Shown: in pieces, positions 10,485 through 21,087 of the stretch
Position numbering within the stretch: the stretch's first letter is position 1
Layout: each line of letters begins with the position of its first letter
Assembly: GCA_963663865.1 (NCBI GenBank)
Contig: OY760686.1
Location: forward strand, 736,001 to 800,000
From: Spirochaetota bacterium
Lineage (GTDB): Bacteria; Spirochaetota; UBA4802; UBA5550
Reading direction: 5' to 3'
DNA: 64,000 bases
Program-made: the position numbers and the translations under genes
Notes under the pieces: model-generated
Database searches by the model: none
What the model saw: only the letters and a program-made list of their open reading frames with translations
What the model was told of the DNA's origin: nothing

Positions 10485-11717
10485 CTATTCTCCCGTTTGG
10501 TTTCTGCTCTTCATCTTGTGAAGAAGTATTTTATCCATGGGCTGAATCGATTTGCCCGGATTTATATTTACTGTTTTTGCTTTAAGGCCCTTTCCGTCAT
10601 GGAACAGCTTTATTGTTGCGATTATTTCATCGTCGTTTCTGAAAACAGAAGCCGTATCGCCTGAGGCGGCCCTGTATATGGGATTCACAAATAGTGAAAT
10701 TGACGATGTGCTTCTGGCGTCTATAATATAACCGTTTTCTGGCTTGATTCGGGTGAAGCTGTCCAGAGCGTAGTTGTAGCTGTTGAGCGACGCACTTTTG
10801 TATTTAATGGCATTAAGCATCTTCTGACGCAATGTCTCATATTTGTTAAGGATGATGCTGTCGATCTCATCAAGCTTTCTTATGCCGGCCCCTGCTGAAT
10901 TGATGTAGGGTATCTCTCTTATTCGGGAAACAAGTCGGGCCCTGTTTTCCGTAAGGCGTTTGAGCTCCTGATATTCTCTCTGACTGATAAGGCCTTCCGC
11001 GAGCATTGTCCTGTCGAAGGTCTCAGGTTGACCGCTGAACTTAGTATCGGAGCTGAAGCGTTCACGGAGTATCGATGTCAGGGCCGGGTTGCTGAACCAG
11101 GGATTGTATTTGAGTATTGTTTCATTTATTCTCTGTTCATAGTACTTCTTCTGTGAAGACATCTGCAGCTCGTGGAGCTTTTTGTAGTTGTTGACTATTG
11201 CCTCGGCCTTGCGGATGTTCTCACGGAGTCTCAGATCGTAGCTGTCAACATCAGACTGGTATTTTGACACCTCGGCTTTCTTCGCAGATATCAGCGGATT
11301 GTATTTATTCATAACTGCCTGCTTTTTCGAGGCGTTTCCCGCTGAAGCCAGGGCCCTTTCCATGGCTGTGTTGAGCTCTTTGAGCTCCTCTCTGGCCCTG
11401 GCAAGCTTCTTCTCATTCTGCTTCGCTTTGCTCAGAAGCTCCTGAAGGTTGAGGTCCGTAATTGAGGCGAACTCCAGGTCATTGGCTTGATATCCTTTTT
11501 CAACATGCCTTGTGACAAGCAGGGTGACACCTGATAGTATTATCAGGAATCCGCAAACCAAAAGGTAGAGTTTGTAGTTTCGGTTTTTTGACGTTTTCCC
11601 GAACTCTCTTTCAAGGGAGTATCCGGTTTTGCTTTCAACGTCGGAAAACTCTTCCGGAAGAAAGTGGGACTTCACTGCCGGAAGCTGTTTCTTGCTTATT
11701 TTGTCTTCATTTCCCAT
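10485..11717 (-). CDS. Hypothetical single-TM coiled-coil protein
   Basis: 410-aa ORF with one TM near aa 50-68 and a long heptad-rich region; overlaps the cyclase stop. Confidence 0.8.
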   Translation of the reverse strand: MGNEDKISKKQLPAVKSHFLPEEFSDVESKTGYSLEREFGKTSKNRNYKLYLLVCGFLIILSGVTLLVTRHVEKGYQANDLEFASITDLNLQELLSKAKQNEKKLARAREELKELNTAMERALASAGNASKKQAVMNKYNPLISAKKAEVSKYQSDVDSYDLRLRENIRKAEAIVNNYKKLHELQMSSQKKYYEQRINETILKYNPWFSNPALTSILRERFSSDTKFSGQPETFDRTMLAEGLISQREYQELKRLTENRARLVSRIREIPYINSAGAGIRKLDEIDSIILNKYETLRQKMLNAIKYKSASLNSYNYALDSFTRIKPENGYIIDARSTSSISLFVNPIYRAASGDTASVFRNDDEIIATIKLFHDGKGLKAKTVNINPGKSIQPMDKILLHKMKSRNQTGE

Positions 11718-13405
11718 ATGCCTTTCCAGTTCTTAGGAGCGACTCCGTCTTTTATTCTTGAAATGAACTCCGCAGCGGGAGGAAGAGAGCATTTTCTAAA
11801 GAGACTTACAGCCGCTTTCCATTCTCCTGCGTAGTACTTTTCGAGTGCATCGCTGTATATCTCGATGTCGTTCAGCTTGTCATTTTTCAGGTATCTGGGT
11901 ATCATCGGCCAGTATATCCTGCGGCCCTTTGTTTTGCCCTTTACCTGGACCATGTCCAGCTCAAGGAATGTTATGCCGTGATCGGGTACATTCTTCTCAA
12001 TATCGTCTTTAATGAATTCCGAACAGATGATTGGGACATTATAAACGCGAGTAAGGCCTTCGAGCCTTGAAGCGGAGTTTACATTGTCGCCGATTACTGT
12101 ATTGGTCATTCGCTCATGTGAGCCGATGTTTCCGTAGAACACATTCCCGCCGTCAATACCGACTCCAATCTTGAGAAGCACGGCCTTGTATATTCTGTTT
12201 TCAGCTGCGGTCAGCCTGCCCCTGGTCGCTTCAATATCAGCTTTCTTCTCGGTCATCTCCTTGCGGAGCGACGCCGCGACCTGCTGCAGACGGTAAGCGG
12301 TCAATATGGCAGCCATTGACTTGTTCTCTGTTCCCTCTTCTTCGATGGCCCCGAAAACCGCGAGAAGCGCGTCTCCGATAATTGAACCTATGATTCCGTC
12401 ATGTTTCATTATCTCGTTGATGGCATTGTTGTAATGAAGGTTGAGGAGCTTTATGATGTCAGAACCGAGCGTTTCGGTTATGTACGTAAAGCTCTTTATG
12501 TCTGTAAACAATATGGAAAGTTCTTTCTCAGAGCCTTCGAGCCGGATCTGCATTTCCTTGTAGGCCTTTATGGCGATATCCTTGTTAACAAACTTTCTAA
12601 ATATTGTCAGCAGCGTGTTGATGGTATTTGACAGTGAGTTGAATGCCATTCCGAGATAGGTGATCTCGTCGTTTGGAGCTCCATCCAGCTTGACAATACC
12701 TAACTGCTGTGACTTTACCATCTCCATGATCTGCGATGATATTATCGTAATGTATCTGAGAATTCTTCTGAGGGCGAATATCCCGATAATCGCGCTGAGA
12801 ATGCTTATAATGAAGATTATTATGCTTACATCGCGGAATATCCTTCGGGAGTTGCTGTAAAAATCGTTGTACTCTTCCGCGAGAACAATGAACACGCCCC
12901 ACTTGTCGCTGTACTTGTAGAAGCCGAAATACTCCTCTGAATTAATATCAAAGGTCACCGGGCCTTCGCTGGTACCGCTCTCGTTTTTAGCGACAAGACC
13001 TTTCAGGGTTTCCCTGTCAGTAAAGTTTTCGAGTCGTCCTCCGCCCGATGCCTGAAAGAGAAGGTCTCCGTCATTCTTAACACCGAGTAGGACTGATCTC
13101 TTGCCGGGGAGCTCCATGGCCCCCATCTTTTCAATGGCCGCGACGGATTCCTCAAGGTTTTCACTGAACTGATATATTTCATACTGGTTGTTGCAGTAGT
13201 TGTAGATGTCCTTCAGATCTTTGGAGAGCATCTTGCGGGTCTGTGTAATGAGCTCTTTCCTGTTGAGGATGAGGTTGATATAATTTGAAGATAGGTTAGA
13301 GACCAGAATAAAAAGAAGGAAAACAACGACGATCTTCAGGGATATTCTGACCACCCGGGTTTTCCCGACTTTCTGGCCGATAAACGAATCCAGGATTTTT
13401 CCCAT
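11696..13405 (-). CDS. Membrane class III nucleotide cyclase (Cache-like, HAMP-like, cyclase domain)
   Basis: ILFTDIKSFT, IIGSIIGDALL, IGVGIDGG, NTVIGDNVNSASRLEGL; two TM helices. ATG 13405 (MGKILD) preferred as start. Confidence 0.9.
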   Translation of the reverse strand: MGKILDSFIGQKVGKTRVVRISLKIVVVFLLFILVSNLSSNYINLILNRKELITQTRKMLSKDLKDIYNYCNNQYEIYQFSENLEESVAAIEKMGAMELPGKRSVLLGVKNDGDLLFQASGGGRLENFTDRETLKGLVAKNESGTSEGPVTFDINSEEYFGFYKYSDKWGVFIVLAEEYNDFYSNSRRIFRDVSIIIFIISILSAIIGIFALRRILRYITIISSQIMEMVKSQQLGIVKLDGAPNDEITYLGMAFNSLSNTINTLLTIFRKFVNKDIAIKAYKEMQIRLEGSEKELSILFTDIKSFTYITETLGSDIIKLLNLHYNNAINEIMKHDGIIGSIIGDALLAVFGAIEEEGTENKSMAAILTAYRLQQVAASLRKEMTEKKADIEATRGRLTAAENRIYKAVLLKIGVGIDGGNVFYGNIGSHERMTNTVIGDNVNSASRLEGLTRVYNVPIICSEFIKDDIEKNVPDHGITFLELDMVQVKGKTKGRRIYWPMIPRYLKNDKLNDIEIYSDALEKYYAGEWKAAVSLFRKCSLPPAAEFISRIKDGVAPKNWKGIWEMKTK

Positions 13406-13722
13406 GAAAGAGTCCTGCCTGTTATAATAGTTTATCCTTATCAAAAAAAACAGTAATCCGTTACTGTCAAACAATATTTAGAAAAATTTGTAGCAAATAA
13501 TGCCCGCTTTGTGCCTATAAAGAGGTGTAATGTCAATTTCAAAATAGTATATTAAAAATCCCCGCCGGTTTCAGCGGGGATAGATTCCTGTTAAATCATT
13601 TATATGCCTTTCTTGAGTGGTTTCAATTGACTGTCATTGGATCATATAAATTAATCAATGGACATTTAAATATTTATTAATCATATTATCGCTATACTTA
13701 TGATGGAGGATGTTTTCAGCAA

Positions 13723-14748
13723 ATGCCTGAGGGTGTAAAGAGTGCGTTGATGGTGCATTTCCGGAAGATCGCCCGGACGTTAATAGCCGTGTTTTCCGTT
13801 CTCCTCTTGTCTCCTGTATCCCTTTATAATTATTTGTTGTTTCACACCATTGCTGAGTTTTTCAGTATAATAATCGCTTTTGCTATATTTATTTTCAGCT
13901 TGAATACGAGGAGTTTTGCTGACAACAGATATCTTCTGTTTCTGGGTATTGGATTTTTCTTTGTCGGTATTATTGATTTTGCTCATACATTATTCTATCA
14001 GGGGATGAATATTGTTCCTGGTTACGGCCCCAATATCCCCACTCAACTCTGGATAGGAGCAAGGTTTTTTGAAGCAATATCGTTTGTCCTGGCGCCTGTT
14101 TTCTTTACGCGAAAATTAAGATATCGGTCAGTTCTATCATTGTATCTGCTCGGAGCGTTAATACTTTTCAGCTCAATCTTTGTATGGCCTGTTTTCCCTG
14201 ATTGTTACATTGATGGAATCGGTTTGACATCCTTTAAAATTGCCGCTGAATATGCCATTGTTGTGATGCTTGCTGTCGCCTGGATTTTTTTGTATGCAAG
14301 GCGCAGGCAGTTAGAAAGGTATGTTTATTTATTGATATCCATTTCACTGGTATTGACAGTAATCAGTGAAATATGTTTTACCCTGTATGTGAGTACTTAC
14401 GGGATATCAAATACCGCAGGTCATCTGCTGAAGATTCTGTCTTATTATCTTATTTATAGAGCTGTAATTGTTTCAACACTGCACTTCCCTTATGAAAATC
14501 TGTTTTCGAGGCTAATGGCAAGTGAAAAAACAAAAGCCAGATATATTGAAAAACTTGAAAAAGCTCTGGACGAGATTAATACCTTGCGGGGAATTATCCC
14601 TATCTGCAGTTATTGCAAAAAAATCCGCAACGACAGGGGGGCCTGGGAGATTATGGAATCCTATATAAGCAGTCATTCTGAGGCCCAATTCAGCCATGGT
14701 GTTTGTCCAGAATGCTATGAAAAACTGAAGAAAGATTTAAAGAAATAG
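13723..14748 (+). CDS. MASE3-domain membrane sensor with C-terminal Cys-rich domain
   Basis: NYLLFHTIAEFFSI, IDFAHTLFYQGM, NIPTQLWIGARF (MASE3); tail IPICSYCKKIR...FSHGVCPECY. Confidence 0.85.
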   Translation: MPEGVKSALMVHFRKIARTLIAVFSVLLLSPVSLYNYLLFHTIAEFFSIIIAFAIFIFSLNTRSFADNRYLLFLGIGFFFVGIIDFAHTLFYQGMNIVPGYGPNIPTQLWIGARFFEAISFVLAPVFFTRKLRYRSVLSLYLLGALILFSSIFVWPVFPDCYIDGIGLTSFKIAAEYAIVVMLAVAWIFLYARRRQLERYVYLLISISLVLTVISEICFTLYVSTYGISNTAGHLLKILSYYLIYRAVIVSTLHFPYENLFSRLMASEKTKARYIEKLEKALDEINTLRGIIPICSYCKKIRNDRGAWEIMESYISSHSEAQFSHGVCPECYEKLKKDLKK

Positions 14749-14811
14749 AATACCTGTAAAGGCCGCAATCAAATTGCTAAACATGGTATAAAAGAGGGAT
14801 AATGGGGCCAC

Positions 14812-15927
14812 ATGGATATCAGGCTTGATTTTTTTTCGATATTTGGATTGATAACAATTATACAGGGTTTATTTCTCTTTTTACTGATGTTTTTCAGGGC
14901 GGACAGGCGAGAAAAAAGAAATTTTTTCCTGGCGCTTTTTGTCCTCACGTTTACGTATGCCAATACAAACTTTGTCAGGGATTATTCCGGGCTGAAGTTC
15001 TATGCGCCTCATCTGATTTTTACCGAGATTCCCGTTTCATTTCTTATTGGCCCGTTCTTATACTTTCATGCCAGAAGGTTAACAGGCAGGCAAAACCGGA
15101 TCGGCTTGCAAATGATTCCCCACTTTCTCCTTCCGCTAATTGCGGTTCTTGTTTATTTTCCCTTTTACTTTCAAAGTGGTGACGATAAGCTTTACTATAT
15201 TACGACGCTCCCTCATATCATTGATTACAGGCTGGACGTCATAGTGATAGCGCATCACATTCAAATGTTCTTCTACTTTATTATCAGCAGAAGGATTATC
15301 GGCGAAAGCACATGCAGGAAAGATACTGAGCGTCAGCAGAATCTGACGCCTGATCTCCAGAGGCTGGTAGAATTTACAACCCTTCTTCTTGTAGTCTATG
15401 CTGTACGTTCAGCTATGCTTGCAACGGTCATTATCCAGAAATTTATGCCGTATAACTTTATTGTTATACTGTTTACATCGGCTTCCATAATCTTCTATAT
15501 GAGTTACAGGCTGTTTATGGAGCCGGTTATCACGCGATACAGAGGGAGCGGAACCACTACCAGGCTTTATTTTTCTGATGAGGACGCCGCGATATTCATA
15601 AACGCGCTTGAGCGATTCATGGCGGAAAAGAGACCCTTTCTTGATCCGGATGTCACAATTGATGAGCTTGCCGCTGCAGTTGGGCTTAAGAGACATCAGT
15701 TCTCAGAGCTGCTGAACAGGTATGTAAAGAAAAGCTTTAACGACTATATCAATTCTTACAGAGTAAGAGAGGCTGAAAGGCTGCTTGCTGAATCAGGAAG
15801 AGAAGCTAACATCCTTTCAATAGCCATGCACAGCGGATTCAACACAAAGCAGACATTCAACTCCGCATTTAAAAAGTTTACTGGACTGACTCCGTCTGCG
15901 TACAGAAGAGAGGGCCCTGTAGGTTAG
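14812..15927 (+). CDS. Polytopic membrane AraC-family transcriptional regulator
   Basis: Several N-terminal TM helices; PFLDPDVTI...SFNDYINSYRV...SGFNTKQTFNSAFKKFTGLTPSAYR. Confidence 0.9.
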   Translation: MDIRLDFFSIFGLITIIQGLFLFLLMFFRADRREKRNFFLALFVLTFTYANTNFVRDYSGLKFYAPHLIFTEIPVSFLIGPFLYFHARRLTGRQNRIGLQMIPHFLLPLIAVLVYFPFYFQSGDDKLYYITTLPHIIDYRLDVIVIAHHIQMFFYFIISRRIIGESTCRKDTERQQNLTPDLQRLVEFTTLLLVVYAVRSAMLATVIIQKFMPYNFIVILFTSASIIFYMSYRLFMEPVITRYRGSGTTTRLYFSDEDAAIFINALERFMAEKRPFLDPDVTIDELAAAVGLKRHQFSELLNRYVKKSFNDYINSYRVREAERLLAESGREANILSIAMHSGFNTKQTFNSAFKKFTGLTPSAYRREGPVG

Positions 15928-16160
15928 GAGGTTAATTAGCCTGGCGTACTCTGGAATAAAGTTGGAGCTGTTAATGGATTTTTCGGGTCCAACCCGTCCA
16001 TATGGTTGCGGACGGGCCTGGTTCTTGTTACAAATAATACTTGCTTCAACAGAGCTATATATAAGATTTGTTTTAGATTGGATTCTGCCGCTGATTAGTG
16101 CAAATGCATTTTTCAGGGCTTCTCCATGTTTACAGACGGTTACTGTAATAGTATTTACAC

Positions 16161-17852
16161 ATGAAAAAGAAAATAAAAATCCAGGCAGTAGTCCTGGGGA
16201 TTATCATCGTTTCTGTTCTGATTACAGGAGTCAGGCTCTCAAGTAAAACCGGGCTTGTTGTTTCAGAAAAAAACGGTGAATTATCCCCGGAACCGGTTAA
16301 GATTTTCCGGACTTCAGATAAAAAACTCAGCATAGAGGATATCCTCGAACGGTGTAAAAAGGGGGTAATCCGCTTTGCGGATGCTGATAAAGATAATTAC
16401 GGTTTTACCACTGACGTGTTCTGGATACATGTCAGTCTTGACGCTGGAGTTGAGGAGAGCGGAGTCAGCTTCCTTGAACTTCAGTACCCGCTTGTTGACT
16501 CTGTTGAGCTGTTTACGGTCAGAAAGGGAAAGGTCGTTGATTCACAGTACATCGGCGATAGCATCCCTTACAGCAAACGACATTATCCCCATAAAACACC
16601 TATTTTCAGAATTATGAAGGAATTTTCCGCTCCGGCGGATCTCTATATGAAACTTGAGACCCGTGGTACAATGCGGTTCCCTCTCAAGCTCTGGTCCGTT
16701 AAAGAGTTCGTAACTGAAAAGAACCGTTACAACATGTTATACGGCGCCTATTACGGGATTCTTCTTATGCTGGCTTTTTTTATCACAGTAATATCGCTGA
16801 ATCATCATTTGAAGAGCTATCTGTTTTTCGCGGTGTTTATTATTTCGGCAGGTGTGTTTTCCGGTCTTCAGGAAGGCATAATATTTGAATACCTGATGCC
16901 TGATTCAACTACGTGGAAGTTTTCTTTATACATAGCTTCCGGAACCGCAGGGTTGATGGCGATATCTGCTTTTGTATATAACTTTCTGAATTTAAAAAAA
17001 GCAAGCAGCTGTTTCAGGTGGGCTTTCGCGGCAATTATAACAGCTGGCGTTGTGATTAATACCGCGGCTCTGATTATTGATATTTCGACTGCTTTGAAGC
17101 TTTTTGCCGGGTATGGTATTGTATGCCTTGTTCCCAACCTGATGGCGGGAATTAGCGCTACAATAAAAAGAGAAAGACCGGGAAGGTACTTTTTAGCCGC
17201 AATGATAATCTTTCTACTCGCTATAACAGTTTTTGCGTTAAGGGGGTTCGGAGTTTTGCCGGTTAACGTGGTAACCCTTTACTCCAAGGAAATAGGCATT
17301 ATTCTAATGGTGATGACTCTTACATTCGGGGTCGCCGATATCTTTAACAAATACAGAATTCAGAGTATTACAGACAGTCTTACAGGCATTATAAATCTGA
17401 GACGTTTTTATGAAATTGCCGCCAACGAAATCGAACGGAGCAGAAGAAGCAGCGTTCCTCTTTCTGTTGCCATGATTGATATCGATTCTTTTAAGGTGAT
17501 TAATGATACACACGGTCATTCGGCGGGTGACTACATACTGCTTGCTTTCACAAAAAAGATAACCGAGTTGCTCAGGGGGATAGATACTGTCGGGCGGCTT
17601 GGAGGGGAAGAGTTCGCTGTCCTGCTCCCCGAGACTGACATCGGCGGCGCTGAAATAACGGCCTGCAGAATATGCAGGGCAGTTGAAGAGATGAAGACCG
17701 CCTATGGGAAGAAGGAGCTGACTTTTACCGTCAGCATAGGGATCGCGGAATTCCTTGAAGGGCGGGACACCATCGATTCGCTGATCAAAAGGGCCGATGC
17801 CGCGCTGTACCGGGCGAAGGGTGCGGGCAAGAACCAGGTTTGCAGAGGGTAG
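16161..17852 (+). CDS. Diguanylate cyclase with 7TM-DISM extracellular and membrane domains
   Basis: NYGFTTDVFWI...LELQYPLVDSVELF (DISMED2-like), 7 TM region, TDSLTG, MIDIDSFK, RGID I-site and RLGGEEF. Confidence 0.92.
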   Translation: MKKKIKIQAVVLGIIIVSVLITGVRLSSKTGLVVSEKNGELSPEPVKIFRTSDKKLSIEDILERCKKGVIRFADADKDNYGFTTDVFWIHVSLDAGVEESGVSFLELQYPLVDSVELFTVRKGKVVDSQYIGDSIPYSKRHYPHKTPIFRIMKEFSAPADLYMKLETRGTMRFPLKLWSVKEFVTEKNRYNMLYGAYYGILLMLAFFITVISLNHHLKSYLFFAVFIISAGVFSGLQEGIIFEYLMPDSTTWKFSLYIASGTAGLMAISAFVYNFLNLKKASSCFRWAFAAIITAGVVINTAALIIDISTALKLFAGYGIVCLVPNLMAGISATIKRERPGRYFLAAMIIFLLAITVFALRGFGVLPVNVVTLYSKEIGIILMVMTLTFGVADIFNKYRIQSITDSLTGIINLRRFYEIAANEIERSRRSSVPLSVAMIDIDSFKVINDTHGHSAGDYILLAFTKKITELLRGIDTVGRLGGEEFAVLLPETDIGGAEITACRICRAVEEMKTAYGKKELTFTVSIGIAEFLEGRDTIDSLIKRADAALYRAKGAGKNQVCRG

Positions 17853-18043
17853 AGGGTTCTGTATTTTTCAAAATACTTTCACTGCTTCTCAATACATTTA
17901 AAATCCCACTCAAAAATATTGACTTTCACCTGGTTCTAATGTAGAATTATCTGATGCGGGTTGGGCAAGGATATGTTTGTTTTTTAATGCGGAACAATGT
18001 ACCGGTAATCCGGTTTTTTATAAAGCGGGAGGACCCCTCGGTA

Positions 18044-18415
18044 ATGAACCTCAGTTATCCAGTAATGCTGAAGCTTGAAGGTAAAATCGCAGTGGTTATT
18101 GGCGGGGGCCGGGCCGGCTGCAGAAAAGCGGCGGAGTTACTTGAGTCCGGCGCCGCGGTAAGGGCCATATCCTCAGAATTTATCCATTCATTCGAAGACC
18201 TGGCCGGGCGTCATGGCAAGAGCCTTGTAATGGTAAGGCGCCCTTATAAGGATGGTGACCTCAAGGGTGCCTGCATCGTTTATGCGGCAACTTCAGACAG
18301 CGGTGTTAACAGAGCTGTATATGACGAGGGAGAAAGGGAGGGAATACTTGTAAATTCGGTTGACGATCCGGAGAACAGTAATTTCTACCCGATGAAAACA
18401 CAGCGAAAGAAGTAG
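18044..18415 (+). pseudogene. C-terminally truncated precorrin-2 dehydrogenase/ferrochelatase (SirC / CysG N-terminal-like)
   Basis: YPVMLKLEGK, VVIGGG, AATSD...N, VNSVDDPENSNF, then stop. The usual P..RRG...AISTGG.SP region is absent; about 123 aa. Confidence 0.7.
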
Positions 18416-18418
18416 GTT

Positions 18419-19534
18419 CTACGCTCTGAAAGAGGCGGGTGTTTTCTTGTAAATCGCCTTGAAAACCCGGTTGAAGGTCCCCGGGCTGTTGAAGCCGCAC
18501 CTCAAGGCAATTTCAAGAATGTTCAGGTCGCTGGTTTTTATCATTTCAAGAGCTTTTGCTGCCCTGAGGCGATTAATATAATTGGTCAGCTTGACTCCCG
18601 TGTACAGATGAAAGTAACGTCCTATCGCGTCCCTGTTTAACCCTGCTATCCCCGTCAGCCTGTCTGCAGGCATCTCTTCCGTAAAATTGGAGTTGATATA
18701 TTCCTCAACAAGCCTGATTTTTTCGAGAATGTTGTCCGGGATATGCTGTGATGATGCTTTTGCTGGTATTAATCTTTTTAATACAAGGTATAAAAGCAGA
18801 TTAAGCAAAACAAGAGCTGTAGTGGAAGCTGAAACTATAAAAGGGACGAAGAACGAATTTTCTTCCAAAGCTCCGGCTTCCCTGAGCGCCAGATGAATGG
18901 AAGCTATCTTTTGGCCGTCCTTTGCTATATCGTGCCGGGCTTGAGCTGAAGAAGCCGCAGGATGCTGTCCTTTTACGAAGAGTGTTTTTCCGCGCGAGTC
19001 AGATAATACAAGATAGGAGAGCTGGTAGTATTCAAAAAATGCATCAAGTAGAGAGGACATCGCAGAAGTGTTGTAGTTCCAGACATGAGGGGAAACAACA
19101 GCTGCAATTATATCCGCAGAAACCTCCGCCTGCTGCAGTTCAGGATAATTCCCTGCTTTGACAATAACTGAGCCTTCTATGAATCCGGATGCGAAGGAGC
19201 TCTTGACTTTTGCTGATTTGTTTCCAGCGTAACGTGACTTGTGATTAAAGTTAATCAGACCTGAAGTGTCTTCAATGCTTACTTCTTCAATGTGCGAGTG
19301 GGCGTCAATAATTCCCTTGAGGCTCAAGGATTCACCTGCTGACGGCCCTGCGGCAATAGCTGCCTTTATGATGCCCGAAAATCTTTCTGCCCGGGCTGCC
19401 AGGCTGTCTTGAAGTATGAAGCTGCTGTTCTTAAGCAGTAATACGGTCGTGAGTATAATCAACACACTAATGGAAGTGTGAAACAGAATAATCCTGTGAT
19501 TATTCCTGAAATGACATATTGTCCGAAATCTCAT
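18419..19534 (-). CDS. Membrane-anchored AraC-family regulator (paralogue of 2322..3473)
   Basis: TM, soluble region, TM, then YINRLRAAKALEMI...IALRCGFNSPGTFNRVFK. Confidence 0.9.
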   Translation of the reverse strand: MRFRTICHFRNNHRIILFHTSISVLIILTTVLLLKNSSFILQDSLAARAERFSGIIKAAIAAGPSAGESLSLKGIIDAHSHIEEVSIEDTSGLINFNHKSRYAGNKSAKVKSSFASGFIEGSVIVKAGNYPELQQAEVSADIIAAVVSPHVWNYNTSAMSSLLDAFFEYYQLSYLVLSDSRGKTLFVKGQHPAASSAQARHDIAKDGQKIASIHLALREAGALEENSFFVPFIVSASTTALVLLNLLLYLVLKRLIPAKASSQHIPDNILEKIRLVEEYINSNFTEEMPADRLTGIAGLNRDAIGRYFHLYTGVKLTNYINRLRAAKALEMIKTSDLNILEIALRCGFNSPGTFNRVFKAIYKKTPASFRA

Positions 19535-19551
19535 AGAGCCTTATCCCTGGA

Positions 19552-20676
19552 CTATTTTATCAGCTCAGAGGCGGTGAAGTTGTAGACTGATAAACCTTTA
19601 TTGTAGTGCTTTGAAAAAGACCTGAACTTCTCGGACGATGTGCTGCCGGCTTTAGCCTGCTCAAGAAGGCGAAGCGCTTTGCTTTTGTCCAGCACTGACA
19701 TCTCGGTGATGTAGGTCGGCCTGTCAGGCTTTATGCCGTTGAGATAATCAACGATAAGAACAGCGGCCCAGGCTCCGTTGGCAAGCTGTCCGCCGGCGCT
19801 CGCGGTCATTTGGCCCATGCTTATAGACTGAACAGCATCTTCAATCCAGTCGAAACCTCCGGTTATAATGCTGGAATGGCCCATTTTTTGAGCGGCATCA
19901 AGTACACCAAGCGCGGCCGTATCGCTGTCGCACCATACTATTGAGGCTTCCGGAAATCTCGCCTTTTTCAGGTACCTGAACTTTGCCGCGGAGTTCTCAA
20001 AAGTATAGTCTGATGTCACAACCTGGTCAAGTTTTATGTTCGGATAGAGGTTCAGTGCCTGTCTGAGTCCTTTCAGCCGCTTTGACGCGAATTCGAAGTC
20101 CTCCGGGCCTGAAAAAGCGAGGATGTGCAGCTCGCCGCGATTGCCTGGTTCGAGGGCCTTTTCGATAAGGGCTTTCGCGAGGCTGAATCCTCCCTTTTGT
20201 TCGTCTGAGTAGACTTCAGCTATCCATAGGCGGTGTTTTTCAAGAGGGGTCCCGCAGTTTTCCGGAGCACGTCCATTAATAGTGACGCAGGGAATATTGC
20301 GGCTGCCGCTGATGCTCAGAAGTTCAGAGGTGAAAGGCATAAACGGAATCATCAGAATCCCATCCGGTTTGGACTGTTCCAGAAAATCCCTGAAAATTTT
20401 TATCGCTTCAGATTTTCCGAAAGGCAGTGAACAGACCAGCATTTCTGATTCAAGCCCTCTGACAGCTTTTGCTGTTATGTCGAGAAAACGCTTAAAATAA
20501 ACAGACTGGTCTCTCCGGTCTGTGACAAGGCCCCTAATGTCCACATAGGCAATTTTTAATTTTGTGGGAGTTGATATCAGCTTCTGCTCAGTCAGGTATA
20601 TTTTAACCCTGAAAGATATGAGCAGAGTCAGAAGCAGTACTACCAGAGCTGCTCCGGCAGCGTATATTTTTCTCAT
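19552..20676 (-). CDS. Sugar-type periplasmic binding protein (paralogue of 3470..4663)
   Basis: N-terminal TM/signal; WIAEVYSDE, IVWCDSD, GGFDW, ASAGGQ. Confidence 0.85.
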   Translation of the reverse strand: MRKIYAAGAALVVLLLTLLISFRVKIYLTEQKLISTPTKLKIAYVDIRGLVTDRRDQSVYFKRFLDITAKAVRGLESEMLVCSLPFGKSEAIKIFRDFLEQSKPDGILMIPFMPFTSELLSISGSRNIPCVTINGRAPENCGTPLEKHRLWIAEVYSDEQKGGFSLAKALIEKALEPGNRGELHILAFSGPEDFEFASKRLKGLRQALNLYPNIKLDQVVTSDYTFENSAAKFRYLKKARFPEASIVWCDSDTAALGVLDAAQKMGHSSIITGGFDWIEDAVQSISMGQMTASAGGQLANGAWAAVLIVDYLNGIKPDRPTYITEMSVLDKSKALRLLEQAKAGSTSSEKFRSFSKHYNKGLSVYNFTASELIK

Positions 20677-21087
20677 TGCTTGTCTCCTCAGATTATAAGA
20701 ACCAAATGCTTATCGGCGGATTCTTCATGAAGGTTCATTAATGCACTTCCCGAAATATATATCAATAAAAATTCGTTAATGTGCTATCCGCTGAGGCTTC
20801 TCAATTAATAGCCCGTGAATGAAGCTCTTTCGGTTTGGGAAATGGACTATTTGCTATATCTGATATCACAAATAAAGAAAGAGGCGATAGATTTGAAAAG
20901 GAAAACGGGGAGACTCTGTCTGCTGATAAAGCTATATAAATAATATTAAGCAACAACTTCTCTGTTCTGGTATAAACCTGCGTATTCTGGCAAAGGATTA
21001 ACATGTCCGGAATCTGCTCTATAAATTGCCGGCAGGACCATCAGCCAGGAAGGTGTTGCATGAAAACTGGATTATTTGGAGGATCGT

